DNA of 64,000 nucleotides from an uncultured delta proteobacterium. Its GTDB lineage: Bacteria; Desulfobacterota; Binatia; Binatales; Binataceae. The notes under the pieces were generated by a model. It was given only the letters and a program-made list of their open reading frames with translations. It searched no databases and was not told where the DNA came from. The number at the start of each line of letters is the position of its first letter. The stretch's first letter is position 1. The position numbers were made by a program, and so were the translations under genes. The stretch lies in the NCBI GenBank assembly GCA_963842085.1, contig CAWJET010000001.1, positions 1,792,001 to 1,856,000 of the forward strand. Direction: 5' to 3'. Below, piece after piece: positions 30,908 to 40,661 of this stretch.

Positions 30908-32731
30908 TCAATCGGTGGTTGTAGGCATAGCTGTCGCGGGATAATAGATTCCTTCCGGCTGCCGGACCCACCAGGCGCCGGTGGCTTTCTTTTCTTCCGG
31001 GCTGGAATAGCGATAGTCGTAAAGCAGGGCCCGCACGTAGAGAGGCGCCTTACCAGGAAACGGATTGCTCCCGAGCAGGGCGGTCACCTCCGGCGAATTT
31101 TCCAGCAACCGCTGCAAGAACAGCGAAAACCAGGGACTTTGCGACGCCGGCCCGAGAGCGGCAAACCACATCTGCCAGTCAAGGCGCGGCTGGTGCGGAA
31201 TGTTCCACTGCGGTCGGCGCATGACGTCGCCCGGTTTGTACTTAAATCCGTACTCGCGCCAGTGAACGCCATCATCCGATCCCTCGACGATGATTTCCGG
31301 CAAAGTGGTCGTCATCACCGCAAACAAACCATAAGTATTGACGATACGCAGTGGCGCAATTTCAGCGTTGACCCACGTACCCAGGGCGGAGATTCGGCCG
31401 TTGAGCACCGCATGGAGCTGCACAAGACCGGTGAACACGATCAACATCGCGAACGCGCCGACGGCAAAAGAAACGATCTCCCCCGGCTTGATATCGCGGA
31501 CCTGGCGTTGCACAAACCGGGTCGCGCGCTCAGGAAGAACCTTGCGCAGCGCGGCATCGTCAAACAGCGCCAGGCACAAGGCCATCGTCAGGAGATTGAA
31601 GAAAGCATAGTTGCCGGTGAGAAGGATCACCACCTGCAATAACAAAATGCCGAATGCTGCGACGAACCTCAGCCGCCGCGGGAAGAAAATCAAAAACGGC
31701 AGCCCCAGTTCAATGACCAGGGTCGCCGCCGTTGACGCTGTGAGTACCGCCTGCGGTAGGTGATGCGCGTACCAGGCCAGCGGTGTCGGCAGCGGCTCGG
31801 TCTGAAAATAGTAGGAGAGCGCGGAAAGGTTGGCCCATGTAGGGTCGCCGCTCAGGAGCTTTACCGCGCCCGAAAGAAACATGAAGCGGAATAGAAGCCA
31901 GCGCAGCAGCCATATACCCGGCTTTGTCGCCATGCTCAGAACAAGCGTAAGGAAGCCGGATTCGAGCAAAAGCAGATCCCACTGAAAGCCCATGAACTCC
32001 TGACCGGCGTAAAACAGCGAAAGATAGAGCGCATAGAGAAAAAACAAGCTCAGACGCGGCCGGATGTCGAAAATCAGGAGCAGCGACAGCGCCGCACCCG
32101 CCCAGCATACGGCCCGAATGGCAAAATCGCTTTGGTCCAGCCAGAACACCATCGGAACCCGCCAGTAGCTTTCTGAACCAAGCTGGCTCCGGACAGCGCC
32201 GGCGAATTCGGATAGCGGCAGGATGCCGTGGCTACCGATCAATCCCAACGCCTGCACGCCAAATGAAACAAAGGCGGCAAGATAAATCAGCCCTATGGCT
32301 CGCAGAAACAGCCAGGCAACCAGATCGAAACGCGGCGGCTCATAGTCGCGCCCCCATAGCCATAGGCTCGTGGGGTAAAGCGCGGAGCGGTACGCAGCAG
32401 CGAACGCGTACATGCGCTCGGCGACTGCTGCAAAGCCGGGAACATGCCGATAAAGCGTCAGCCAGAAGCCTTTGCCGCTCGCGTGCCTTAAGGTAAGGAG
32501 AACGGCTTCGGCGCCGCTCGCGATTTTTCCATCGGGCGCTACGTATTGAACGGCGCGCTGGAACGCGGCCACAGGAATTTCCGGAAATTGTGCGGCGACT
32601 TCCTGGTACGGCGCGTAAGTCACGCGATGACCGGTGAGTCTCTGCCAATAGCGCACCCAGTAGAGGCAGAACCCGCAATCACCGTCATAGATCAGAAGCG
32701 GCTGGCCGAGGACCGTTGTCGTTTGCATCAC
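30908..32731 (-). CDS. Lipase maturation factor (LMF1) family membrane protein with N-terminal DCC1/DUF393 thiol-disulfide domain
   Basis: YDGDCGFC; FLRAIGLIYL.AF, FQWD.LLLE.G, FRFMF.SG.VK, GNYAFFN, YGLFAVMT, HQPRLDWQMWFAA. Confidence 0.9.
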   Translation of the reverse strand: MMQTTTVLGQPLLIYDGDCGFCLYWVRYWQRLTGHRVTYAPYQEVAAQFPEIPVAAFQRAVQYVAPDGKIASGAEAVLLTLRHASGKGFWLTLYRHVPGFAAVAERMYAFAAAYRSALYPTSLWLWGRDYEPPRFDLVAWLFLRAIGLIYLAAFVSFGVQALGLIGSHGILPLSEFAGAVRSQLGSESYWRVPMVFWLDQSDFAIRAVCWAGAALSLLLIFDIRPRLSLFFLYALYLSLFYAGQEFMGFQWDLLLLESGFLTLVLSMATKPGIWLLRWLLFRFMFLSGAVKLLSGDPTWANLSALSYYFQTEPLPTPLAWYAHHLPQAVLTASTAATLVIELGLPFLIFFPRRLRFVAAFGILLLQVVILLTGNYAFFNLLTMALCLALFDDAALRKVLPERATRFVQRQVRDIKPGEIVSFAVGAFAMLIVFTGLVQLHAVLNGRISALGTWVNAEIAPLRIVNTYGLFAVMTTTLPEIIVEGSDDGVHWREYGFKYKPGDVMRRPQWNIPHQPRLDWQMWFAALGPASQSPWFSLFLQRLLENSPEVTALLGSNPFPGKAPLYVRALLYDYRYSSPEEKKATGAWWVRQPEGIYYPATAMPTTTD

Positions 32732-32805
32732 TCCAGATTATGCCCGAAGAGTAAAAGAAGGTCGTGGCGGATCTTAATCCGGAGGACGATGCGGCTCACC
32801 GTCAA

Positions 32806-34929
32806 TCAGGCGGACGCGGCGCTGGCGGCGACAATCCGCTCGCGCGTGATCGGCAAATCCCGGATGCGGAAATCGAGCGCCCGCGCTACTGCATTCGCCA
32901 CGGCTGCGGCGGCGGGACCCTGGGCCGCCTCTCCCACGCCGAGCGGTGGGCAGTCTGGGCGCTCGATCAGCTCGACCTCGAGTTCCGGCACTTCATCGAA
33001 GCGCAGAATAGGATACTCTTCCCAGGTCCTGGTGGTCACGCGGCGGCCGTCGAAGACGACTTGTTCCTTGAGCGTCCAGCTGATCGATTGCACGATGCCG
33101 CCTTCGATCTGATTGAGCACCCCGTCCGGATTGATCACCAGGCCCGCATCGACCGCGCCGACGACCTTCGAGACGCGTACGTCCTGATCAACTTCGACCT
33201 TCGCGATCACTGCCACGTATGCGGCCGTGTTCTTGTATCGCGCGAAACCGATACCCGCCGCGCGGCCTTTGCCGCGTTCCGCATCGAATTGCCAGCCCGC
33301 TAAGCGCACCGCGGTCTCGATTACACGGCGCGCGCGCGGGTCCGACAAATAACGCAGCCGGAACTCGACTGGATCGGCGCCTGCGGCGTCGGCCAATTCG
33401 TCCATAAACGATTCGGCGGCGAACACGTTCGCGTAGCCGCCCAGCGTGCGCAGCGCGGAAGTGCGAAACGGCAGGCCCGGGAGGCTGTGCAGCACAATCT
33501 TTCGATGCGGCACCTCGTACGCCGGCTCAGAATTTCGGGCACCGCCGGCAAATCCCGACAGGACTTCGTACGCCTCGGGGAAAGGGATCGGCGGCTCGAC
33601 GTGCGCCGCGGCCAGCAGATTGACCGGTCCGTGCGCCCGGGGACGCTGGCCGTGTGGTCCGCTCCAGATCTCGCTGGACCAATCGACGATGTCGCCGGCC
33701 GGGGTCACCGCGCTCTCCATCTTAATCACCATCGGCGAGCCCAGCGGCGACCATGCGAGCTCGTCTTCGCGGTTCCACTGGATTCGTACGGGACGCGACG
33801 GGACCTGGCGCGCCAGCAGGGCCGCGTCCAGCGCGACATCATCGGCGCCGTTGTGTCCGTAGACTCCGGCGCCTTGGGCGTGAATCACCGCGACGCGCGA
33901 CTCGTCGAGACCGAGAGCTGATGCGAGCGCACCCCGGAGCGGGAAGACACCTTGCGAGTGCGTCCATACCGTCAGACGGCGTTCGTCATAAACGGCGACT
34001 GCGCACGACGGCGCCATCGATGCGTGCGCTAGAGGCGGCCGCGAATAAGTCGCCGACAAGCGCCGCACGCTCGCCGTCCCAAACGGGCGCTCGCCCACCT
34101 CGGTCTCCGAATCGATCGCGCGCAACGTCGGCAGCAATTCGCGCCAGCTGCGAGTGTCGGCGGACACTTCGCTCTCGATCCAGCGCGCGCCTGCACCCAG
34201 CGCTTCGAGCGCCTTGACGGCCTGGTATTCGCGCTCGCAACAAACGCCCACGAAGTCGCCGCTCCGCCAGATTTTCACTACGCCGGGCAGACGCTCCACC
34301 GCCGACGTATCCAGCGAACCCAGCCGCGCGCCGTACGAAGGCGGCCGCAGCACGCGTCCGTGCAGCATTCCCGGCAATTCGAGGTCGTGGATGAAGGCGG
34401 CGCCTGCGACCTTCGCGGGAAGGTCGAGACGCGCAACGCTCTTGCCAAGAGCAGTTGAGTTCCCCGGCGTCGCGAACGGGGCCGTTCCCGTGACCGGCCG
34501 CTTCCAATCAACCTTGCGGGCGACCTGCCAATAGTCGAGCCCCGATGGCGCCCCGTCGAGAAGAATGAGCCCGCCATCGGCAGCAACGCGGGACTCCTCC
34601 GCGTCCAGCATGCGCGCGGCGCTCTCGACGAGCGCGTGGCGCGCCTCGGCACACGCCATCCTGACGGAGGTGCCGCCCACTTCGATCGACATACTGCCGG
34701 CGGTGTAGCTTTCATTCGGGCAGGAGCGCGTATCGCCCGACACGACTGCCACCTTCGACATCGGCAGTTTGAGCTCCGTGGCCGCGATTTGCGCGATAGC
34801 GGTGACGATTCCCTGTCCGATCTCGACCTTGGCTGAAAACACGCGCGCGATGCCCGGTTGGCTGAGATCGACCCACTGGCTAAGCAGCGGATTCTCGTGG
34901 ATGCTCCAGGGAAGGTTTGGCGGAGTCAT
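32806..34929 (-). CDS. Xanthine dehydrogenase-family molybdopterin subunit (NicB/IorB-like)
   Basis: KVEIGQGI.T...TAGSMS, HGRVLRPP, HASMAPS, TSALRTLG, ESFMDELA, NQIEGG, GVGE. ATG at 34929 overlaps the upstream stop. Confidence 0.92.
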   Translation of the reverse strand: MTPPNLPWSIHENPLLSQWVDLSQPGIARVFSAKVEIGQGIVTAIAQIAATELKLPMSKVAVVSGDTRSCPNESYTAGSMSIEVGGTSVRMACAEARHALVESAARMLDAEESRVAADGGLILLDGAPSGLDYWQVARKVDWKRPVTGTAPFATPGNSTALGKSVARLDLPAKVAGAAFIHDLELPGMLHGRVLRPPSYGARLGSLDTSAVERLPGVVKIWRSGDFVGVCCEREYQAVKALEALGAGARWIESEVSADTRSWRELLPTLRAIDSETEVGERPFGTASVRRLSATYSRPPLAHASMAPSCAVAVYDERRLTVWTHSQGVFPLRGALASALGLDESRVAVIHAQGAGVYGHNGADDVALDAALLARQVPSRPVRIQWNREDELAWSPLGSPMVIKMESAVTPAGDIVDWSSEIWSGPHGQRPRAHGPVNLLAAAHVEPPIPFPEAYEVLSGFAGGARNSEPAYEVPHRKIVLHSLPGLPFRTSALRTLGGYANVFAAESFMDELADAAGADPVEFRLRYLSDPRARRVIETAVRLAGWQFDAERGKGRAAGIGFARYKNTAAYVAVIAKVEVDQDVRVSKVVGAVDAGLVINPDGVLNQIEGGIVQSISWTLKEQVVFDGRRVTTRTWEEYPILRFDEVPELEVELIERPDCPPLGVGEAAQGPAAAAVANAVARALDFRIRDLPITRERIVAASAASA

Positions 34930-35411
34930 CGCGCGGCTCCCTCGATCGACGCTTTCCACGCGGCCTCGATCGCTTTCACGATTCGCGCATGAGCGCCGCA
35001 GCGGCAGAGATTGGCGTCCAGCGCCGCGACGATTTTCTCGCGCAACGGCTCACCGCCGCTGCCGATTAATTCCGCGGCCGTCATGATGATTCCCGACAGG
35101 CAGTAGCCGCACTGGCCGGCCTGGAAATCGATGAACGCGCGCTGCAGCGGATGAGGCCGGTCGAGCGTGCCCAGGCCCTCAATGGTCGTGATCGATTTAC
35201 CCTCGACAGACCACACCGGCAATTCGCAAGAGCGCTGGGCATGCCCGTCAACCAGCACCGTGCACGAGCCGCAGCTTCCATCCCCGCATCCGAAGCGCGT
35301 TCCCTTGAGACCGAGGTCGTCGCGCAGGACGTAGAGCAGGGGCGTCTCAAAGTGATCGACAGTCACCCGGTGCGGCTGTCGGTTCACGACGATGGTGTGC
35401 GTGGTGCTCAT
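34926..35411 (-). CDS. (2Fe-2S)-binding small subunit (NicA/IorA/CoxS-like)
   Basis: GCGDGSCGSC..., QCGYC, NLCRCG. Confidence 0.94.
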   Translation of the reverse strand: MSTTHTIVVNRQPHRVTVDHFETPLLYVLRDDLGLKGTRFGCGDGSCGSCTVLVDGHAQRSCELPVWSVEGKSITTIEGLGTLDRPHPLQRAFIDFQAGQCGYCLSGIIMTAAELIGSGGEPLREKIVAALDANLCRCGAHARIVKAIEAAWKASIEGAAR

Positions 35412-35457
35412 CGACTCGGTGCGGCGGCTTGGAACGCCGTCGTTTGAAGACCTCTGG

Positions 35458-36645
35458 TTATCCTGCGCAATGGTTGAAGAATTCGATCACGGTTCGAAGG
35501 AACTCCGCCGCGGGCGCGCCGTCAACCACTCGATGGTCAAACGTCAGGCTGAGCCAGAGCATCGCGCGCTTGGCGATCGCGCCCTTGAAGACGGCTGGCT
35601 TCTCGATAATTCGCCCGACGCCGAGGATTCCGGCCTCGCCGGGATTCAGAATCGGCGTGAACGCGTCGACGCCGAACATGCCGAGGTTGGTTATGGTAAA
35701 CGTGCCTCCGGTTACGTCTTCGAGCTTGAGATTACCGGCGCGCGCCTTTTCGGCGAGCGCGCGGCTTTCGACCGCGATCTCCTGAAGCGACTTGCTCTCG
35801 GCGCGATTCACGACTGGAACGATCAGCCCCTCATCGAGTGCGACGGCGATTCCGACGTTTGCGCTTGCGGAAAGAACAATCTCCGTGCCGTTGAGGCGCG
35901 CATTCATTCGCGGATGGCGCGTCAAAGCGCGCGCGACCGAATAAATCATCATATCGGTGTATGAAAAATCGAATTCGCGGGACTGGCGCGCGCGAAACTC
36001 GGTCGCCGGGGTCACGTCGGCTTCGGCGGTGATGGTGATCTGCGCGCTGGCGTGCAGGCTCTGATGCATCCGCTCGGCAATCACCTTGCGCACGCCGCGA
36101 AACGCGACGCGCTCGCCAGACGGCGCCGCACCCGACAACGGCGGCTGCGTTTTCGTCGAGGAGTGGGCTGTGCGCTCGACGTCATCGCGAGTGATCCGTC
36201 CGCCGGGACCGGTGCCTTCGACGCTATCGAGATTGACGCCGAGCTCAGACGCGAGTTTGCGGGCAACCGGGCTTGCGCTGCGCCGCGCATTGGCGGTGGC
36301 TGTGACGCTTTGATTGTACGGCGGCGGCGAGGTCGCGGGTGAGCCTTGATTGGCCGGGCGCGACGCCGATTTTACGTAACGCGCCGCGATCGTCGCGACA
36401 TCTTCGCCCGCCTCGGCGATCACCGCTACCGCAACGCCGCATTCAATCGTTTCGCCTTCGTCGAACAGCGTGGTCGCCAGCGTACCCGACGCGGGAGCCT
36501 CGACCTCGTAGAGAACTTTCTCGGTCTCGACCTCGTAGAGCGGTTCGCCCGCGCGGACGCGCTCGCCAGCGGCCTTGAAGAACCGCTGAATCGTTCCTTC
36601 ATGCATCGTCAGCCCGAACTTGGGCATCGTAACTTCAACTGCCAC
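35458..36645 (-). CDS. Dihydrolipoamide acyltransferase (E2) of an acetoin/2-oxoacid dehydrogenase complex
   Basis: Lipoyl domain EVETEKV, E3-binding ASPVARKLA...GTGPGGRIT, catalytic DHRVVDG. GTG start inferred. Confidence 0.92.
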   Translation of the reverse strand: MAVEVTMPKFGLTMHEGTIQRFFKAAGERVRAGEPLYEVETEKVLYEVEAPASGTLATTLFDEGETIECGVAVAVIAEAGEDVATIAARYVKSASRPANQGSPATSPPPYNQSVTATANARRSASPVARKLASELGVNLDSVEGTGPGGRITRDDVERTAHSSTKTQPPLSGAAPSGERVAFRGVRKVIAERMHQSLHASAQITITAEADVTPATEFRARQSREFDFSYTDMMIYSVARALTRHPRMNARLNGTEIVLSASANVGIAVALDEGLIVPVVNRAESKSLQEIAVESRALAEKARAGNLKLEDVTGGTFTITNLGMFGVDAFTPILNPGEAGILGVGRIIEKPAVFKGAIAKRAMLWLSLTFDHRVVDGAPAAEFLRTVIEFFNHCAG

Positions 36646-36673
36646 AGTCAGTTCCGCAATTTGCCATGCCTGC

Positions 36674-37645
36674 TTATCGTCCGACCACGTCGCGAATCGC
36701 GGCTTCGATGCGAGCCTCGTCCGCGATGGCCGCCTTTTCGAGCGGCGGACTGAACGGAATCGGCACGTCCAGCGACGTGACACGGCGGACCGGCGCATCG
36801 AGGAAGTCGAAGCCCTTGTCAGCGACGATCGCGGCGATATCTGCGGCGGCGCCGCCGCGCAGATGGCCTTCGTCGGCGATCACGACGCGATTGGTTTTCT
36901 CGACCGAAGCGAGGATCGCATCTTCGTCGAGTGGCACCAGCGTGCGCGGATCGATCACTTCAACCGAGATTTTTTCCTGCTCGAGCCTGGCCGCGACGCT
37001 CATCGCCTTCGGCACCATCGCGCCGATCGCCACCACCGTAACGTTCTCGCCTTGCCGCTTGACGGCGGCCTTGCCGAGCGGCACCAGGTGCTCGCCGGCG
37101 GGGATATCCTCCTTGAGGCGGCCGAGCGCACCGTGCTCGAAAACAATCACGGGATTGTTGTCGCGGATAGCGCTCTTGAGCAGGCCCTTCATATCCGACG
37201 GCCCCGAAGGCACGACCAGCTTGAGGCCCGGGACGCTCAGAAACTGCGCGTACACCGTCTCGGAATGCTGCGCGGCCGCGCCACCCATCGCGCCGAACAC
37301 GGCGCGAAACGTGATCGGCATGGTGGCCTGTCCGCCGGACATGTAGCGGAGCTTGGCGGCCTGGTTGCAGACCTGGTCGAAGGCGCAATAGAAGAAGCTG
37401 GCGAATTCGACTTCGCAGATTGGCCGCGTCCCCGCCATCGCGGCGCCGACCGCAGCGCCGACGAAGCCGGCCTCCGAAATCGGGGTGTTGCGCACGCGCT
37501 TGGCGCCGAACTTGTCGACCAAGCCCTTGGTCGCGCCGAACGCGCCGAGCACGACGTCCTCGCCCATCAGGAAGGTCAGCGGATCGCGTTCCATTTCTTC
37601 GGCGATGGCCTGGTTTATCGCCTGGATAAAATTGGTTTGCGGCAT
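36674..37645 (-). CDS. TPP-dependent dehydrogenase E1 beta subunit (acetoin/pyruvate dehydrogenase family)
   Basis: GEDV, RVRNTPISE, DQVCNQAAK..YMSGG, AAQHS, IDPRTLVPLD. Confidence 0.94.
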   Translation of the reverse strand: MPQTNFIQAINQAIAEEMERDPLTFLMGEDVVLGAFGATKGLVDKFGAKRVRNTPISEAGFVGAAVGAAMAGTRPICEVEFASFFYCAFDQVCNQAAKLRYMSGGQATMPITFRAVFGAMGGAAAQHSETVYAQFLSVPGLKLVVPSGPSDMKGLLKSAIRDNNPVIVFEHGALGRLKEDIPAGEHLVPLGKAAVKRQGENVTVVAIGAMVPKAMSVAARLEQEKISVEVIDPRTLVPLDEDAILASVEKTNRVVIADEGHLRGGAAADIAAIVADKGFDFLDAPVRRVTSLDVPIPFSPPLEKAAIADEARIEAAIRDVVGR

Positions 37646-37669
37646 GACGATACCTCCGCGGGCGGCCGC

Positions 37670-38650
37670 TCAGGTGTTGTTGTAAACGTCGTCGGTGACT
37701 TCCGACGCCGCGGGCAGTTCGCTCGAGCGTGCAAATTCGACCGCGGCGGCGAGTTCCTTTTCGGTGTCGGCGACGATCTGCTTGAGTTCGGCCGAGCTGA
37801 TCTTGCCGCTCTCGGCGCACCACTTTTCGAAGCGAAGCAGCGGGCATCTGCGCTTCCATTCCTCGACTTCGGACTTCTCGCGATACGCGCCGTCGCCAAG
37901 AAAGGCCTGCTCGCCGACGACGTGCCCCTCCCATCGATAGGTCTTGCATTCGAGCAGGGTGGGACCTTCGCCGGCGCGGGCGCGCGCGACGGCCTCACTG
38001 GTGTAGCGAAAGACCTCGAGCACGTCGTTGCCATCGACGATATAGCCGGGGATGTCGTAGGCCTTGGCGCGCACCGCGATGTCCCTGACCGAGGTCACGC
38101 TCGCCATCGGAGTGAACTCGCCGAAGCCGTTGTTCTCGCATACGAAGACGACTGGCAACTTCCAGACCGCCGCCAGGTTCAGCGACTCGTGGAAAGTGCC
38201 TTCGTTGGAGGCGCCGTCGCCAAAGAACGCCGCGGTGACATCGTCCTTGCCGGCGATCACGGCGCCCAGCGCGGAGCCGGTGGCAATCGGCAGTCCAGCG
38301 CCGACGATCCCGTTGGCGCCCAGGATGCCGAGCGAGTAGTCGACGATATGCATCGAGCCGCCCTTGCCTTTGCAGTAGCCGGTGCGCTTGCCGAATATCT
38401 CCGCCATCATGCGATCGAGCCGTCCGCCCTTGGCGATCAGATGTCCGTGCCCGCGATGGGTTGACGTGATGCGGTCGGTCTTGCGCAGCGCGGCGCAGAC
38501 GCCGGTGGCGGAAGCTTCTTCGCCGATCGAGACGTGGACGAAGCCGGGAATCTCGGCGGCCATCGCGAGGTCGCGCGCCTTGGACTCGAAATGCCGGATC
38601 TTCTGCATAGTGCGGTACATCTCGAGCAATTTATCTTTGCTGATATCCAT
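37670..38650 (-). CDS. TPP-dependent dehydrogenase E1 alpha subunit (AcoA-like)
   Basis: STHRGHGH, GKGGSMH, FFGDGA.NEG.FHESLN, ENN, TYRW.GH. Confidence 0.94.
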   Translation of the reverse strand: MDISKDKLLEMYRTMQKIRHFESKARDLAMAAEIPGFVHVSIGEEASATGVCAALRKTDRITSTHRGHGHLIAKGGRLDRMMAEIFGKRTGYCKGKGGSMHIVDYSLGILGANGIVGAGLPIATGSALGAVIAGKDDVTAAFFGDGASNEGTFHESLNLAAVWKLPVVFVCENNGFGEFTPMASVTSVRDIAVRAKAYDIPGYIVDGNDVLEVFRYTSEAVARARAGEGPTLLECKTYRWEGHVVGEQAFLGDGAYREKSEVEEWKRRCPLLRFEKWCAESGKISSAELKQIVADTEKELAAAVEFARSSELPAASEVTDDVYNNT

Positions 38651-38815
38651 GAAGGACTTGCCTCCGTGAGGATTCGGGGAAATGCGCGTTGAATGTCCCC
38701 GGCGAGCGGAAAACTATTCCCAACCGCAGCAACCGTCAAATGAGCGAATAGCGGCGGTTCTTTCAGCCGCGACGGCGACGGTTGCGCCACGGCGTTGGCG
38801 CTGCTCATCCAGAGT

Positions 38816-39622
38816 TTATTTTCCCTGGAATTTGGGCTTGCGCTTTTCTGCGAAGGCAGTCGCCGCCTCGCGATGGTCTTCGGTGTTGAAGCTCATCATC
38901 TCATACGCGATCGACGCGTCCAGGATCAAATTGACCTGCTGCTTGAGCCATTTGTTGACCGACAGCTTGGTCCATCGGATCGCCCACGTCGGGCCGTCGG
39001 CCAATTCGCCCGCGATTTCCCGAGCCTTGGATAGCACCTGGTCTCCCGGCACGGCGTGATTGACCAGCCCCATTTTCGCGGCCTCTGATCCGCTGATGAA
39101 CGTTCCTCGCATCAGGAATTCCTTGGCCCGCGCCGGACCCACTAGGAGCGGCCAGATGACTGCGCCGCTGTCGCCGGCAACGATTCCGACCTTGACGTGG
39201 GTATCGGCGATCCGCGCGGTTTCAGAGGCGACGATAACGTCCGACAGCAGCGCGATATTCGCGCCGAGCCCCATCGCGTCGCCATTCACCGCGGCTATGA
39301 TCGGCTGCTCGACGTCCAGCAGGTTCTGGATGATCCTGCGGCCCGCCGCGGCGATCTTGAGCGTCCACTTTCTGCCTTCCTCGGTGCCCCAGCGCGCCGC
39401 CATCGCCTTCACGTCGCCGCCCGCTGAAAAGGCGTTGCCCGCGCCGGTCAGCAAAATCGCGTTCACTTCCTCGTCGTTGGCGAGGTCGAGCCAGATGTGT
39501 TCAAGCTCGTCGTGCAGTTCGGAATTGACCGCGTTAAGCGCTTCGGGCCGGTTCAGGGTCACCGTGGCGAGCTTGTTCTCCTTCTCGACCTTGATGCATC
39601 GATACTTCCGATAGTCGATCAT
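38816..39622 (-). CDS. Enoyl-CoA hydratase/isomerase family protein
   Basis: TLNRPEALNA, AFSAGGD, AAVNG.AMGLG, AFAEKRKPKFQG. Confidence 0.92.
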   Translation of the reverse strand: MIDYRKYRCIKVEKENKLATVTLNRPEALNAVNSELHDELEHIWLDLANDEEVNAILLTGAGNAFSAGGDVKAMAARWGTEEGRKWTLKIAAAGRRIIQNLLDVEQPIIAAVNGDAMGLGANIALLSDVIVASETARIADTHVKVGIVAGDSGAVIWPLLVGPARAKEFLMRGTFISGSEAAKMGLVNHAVPGDQVLSKAREIAGELADGPTWAIRWTKLSVNKWLKQQVNLILDASIAYEMMSFNTEDHREAATAFAEKRKPKFQGK

Positions 39623-39737
39623 GAAGACTCCCCTCTCTTCTGACGTTGTCGCCTATGGCTCAATCGGCTACATCTGATGCCATCGGAGACATCGCTGGCC
39701 TGTTCTCAGCTCTGAAGATGAAAGCCGGTGGCCGACG

Positions 39738-40007
39738 CTAATGTGCCAATTGGCTCAAGCAGCCTCGGTTGCAGTCACCGTGTTCGGGCCACCGGGAACA
39801 TCCGGCCAGGCGGAGCCTGCTCATCCCAACTACCGACGTCATCGCAACGTAAGCGGCGTCCGCCGTGATTTGAGCAGGCTCGCCGTTTTCAGGGCAGATT
39901 ACCTCCCTGGGCTTGCTGAATTCTGCGAAGACGCTCAGCCCGACGGGTAGCAGAACGTAGGTGACGCCGATTGCAGCGATAATGCCGAGTGCGATCAAGA
40001 TATCCAT
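39738..40007 (-). CDS. Small membrane-anchored 4-Cys hypothetical protein
   Basis: GGAGG RBS; N-terminal TM helix; CPE...CSRWP...CNRGC. Confidence 0.7.
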   Translation of the reverse strand: MDILIALGIIAAIGVTYVLLPVGLSVFAEFSKPREVICPENGEPAQITADAAYVAMTSVVGMSRLRLAGCSRWPEHGDCNRGCLSQLAH

Positions 40008-40049
40008 CGGTCAGACCTCCTGTTGATACGTAGAGACCGAGATCCTTTA

Positions 40050-40065
40050 CGCATTAATCGTACCG
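40050..40065 (-). promoter_or_regulatory. Sigma-54 promoter candidate for the small Cys protein
   Basis: Minus strand CGGTACGATTAATGCG, GG-N10-GC, about 30 bp upstream of the RBS. Confidence 0.5.
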
Positions 40066-40088
40066 CACCCCATGGCGAGACAACTCGG

Positions 40089-40622
40089 TCAATCACCGGG
40101 GCGCGTAATACGGAAGACGGGGTACAAAGGCGCGATCTTCGCGAACTCCGATAACTCGGCCTTGAGATCGATCTCGATATGCGGGCGCGCGCCGGGCGCG
40201 GCCCGAAGATACGCCTTCAGGATGGGCGCGCGCTCACCGACGGGCACTTCCTCGAGTCGCACCTCTTCAACACGACCGTGACGCAATGTCGCAATACCGC
40301 CGGCGGCCCGCACGTTCTGGACCCAACTCGCGTTCTGACCCAGCATCGAGACCAGGTACTGCTCCCCCGCTACCTCAGCAATCACGACGGGAGCCGAATA
40401 GACGCGGCCTGTGCGCCGCCCCACCGTTTCAAGGCTCGCCACCCACTTCGGCGAGATACCGGCGGCGAAAATCCGCGCCGATACAGAGTTCATCCATCCG
40501 GCGAGGGCGTTCGGTCTGCCTCCCGGATACAGCATCGCGCGGTACCATGACCGCGGCATCCAAAGGACGGCGCTCAAGAAGGCCGCAACGATCAGTGCCA
40601 CGATTGTGATCAGGTAGATCAA
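40089..40622 (-). CDS. Deazaflavin (F420)-dependent nitroreductase (DDN-like) family protein with N-terminal TM helix
   Basis: LETVGRRTG....PV, YLVS..G...WV.N.RAAG, PVFRI. Confidence 0.75.
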   Translation of the reverse strand: MIYLITIVALIVAAFLSAVLWMPRSWYRAMLYPGGRPNALAGWMNSVSARIFAAGISPKWVASLETVGRRTGRVYSAPVVIAEVAGEQYLVSMLGQNASWVQNVRAAGGIATLRHGRVEEVRLEEVPVGERAPILKAYLRAAPGARPHIEIDLKAELSEFAKIAPLYPVFRITRPGD

Positions 40623-40661
40623 CGTGTCTTCTCGCCGATCGTCCCGAATAGTCCAACCGCG

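Noticed and set aside
32806-35411. Aerobic CO dehydrogenase (coxLS)
   Set aside because: No AYxCSFR/AYRGAGR active-site loop and no CoxM; the domain order is IorB/NicB-like.
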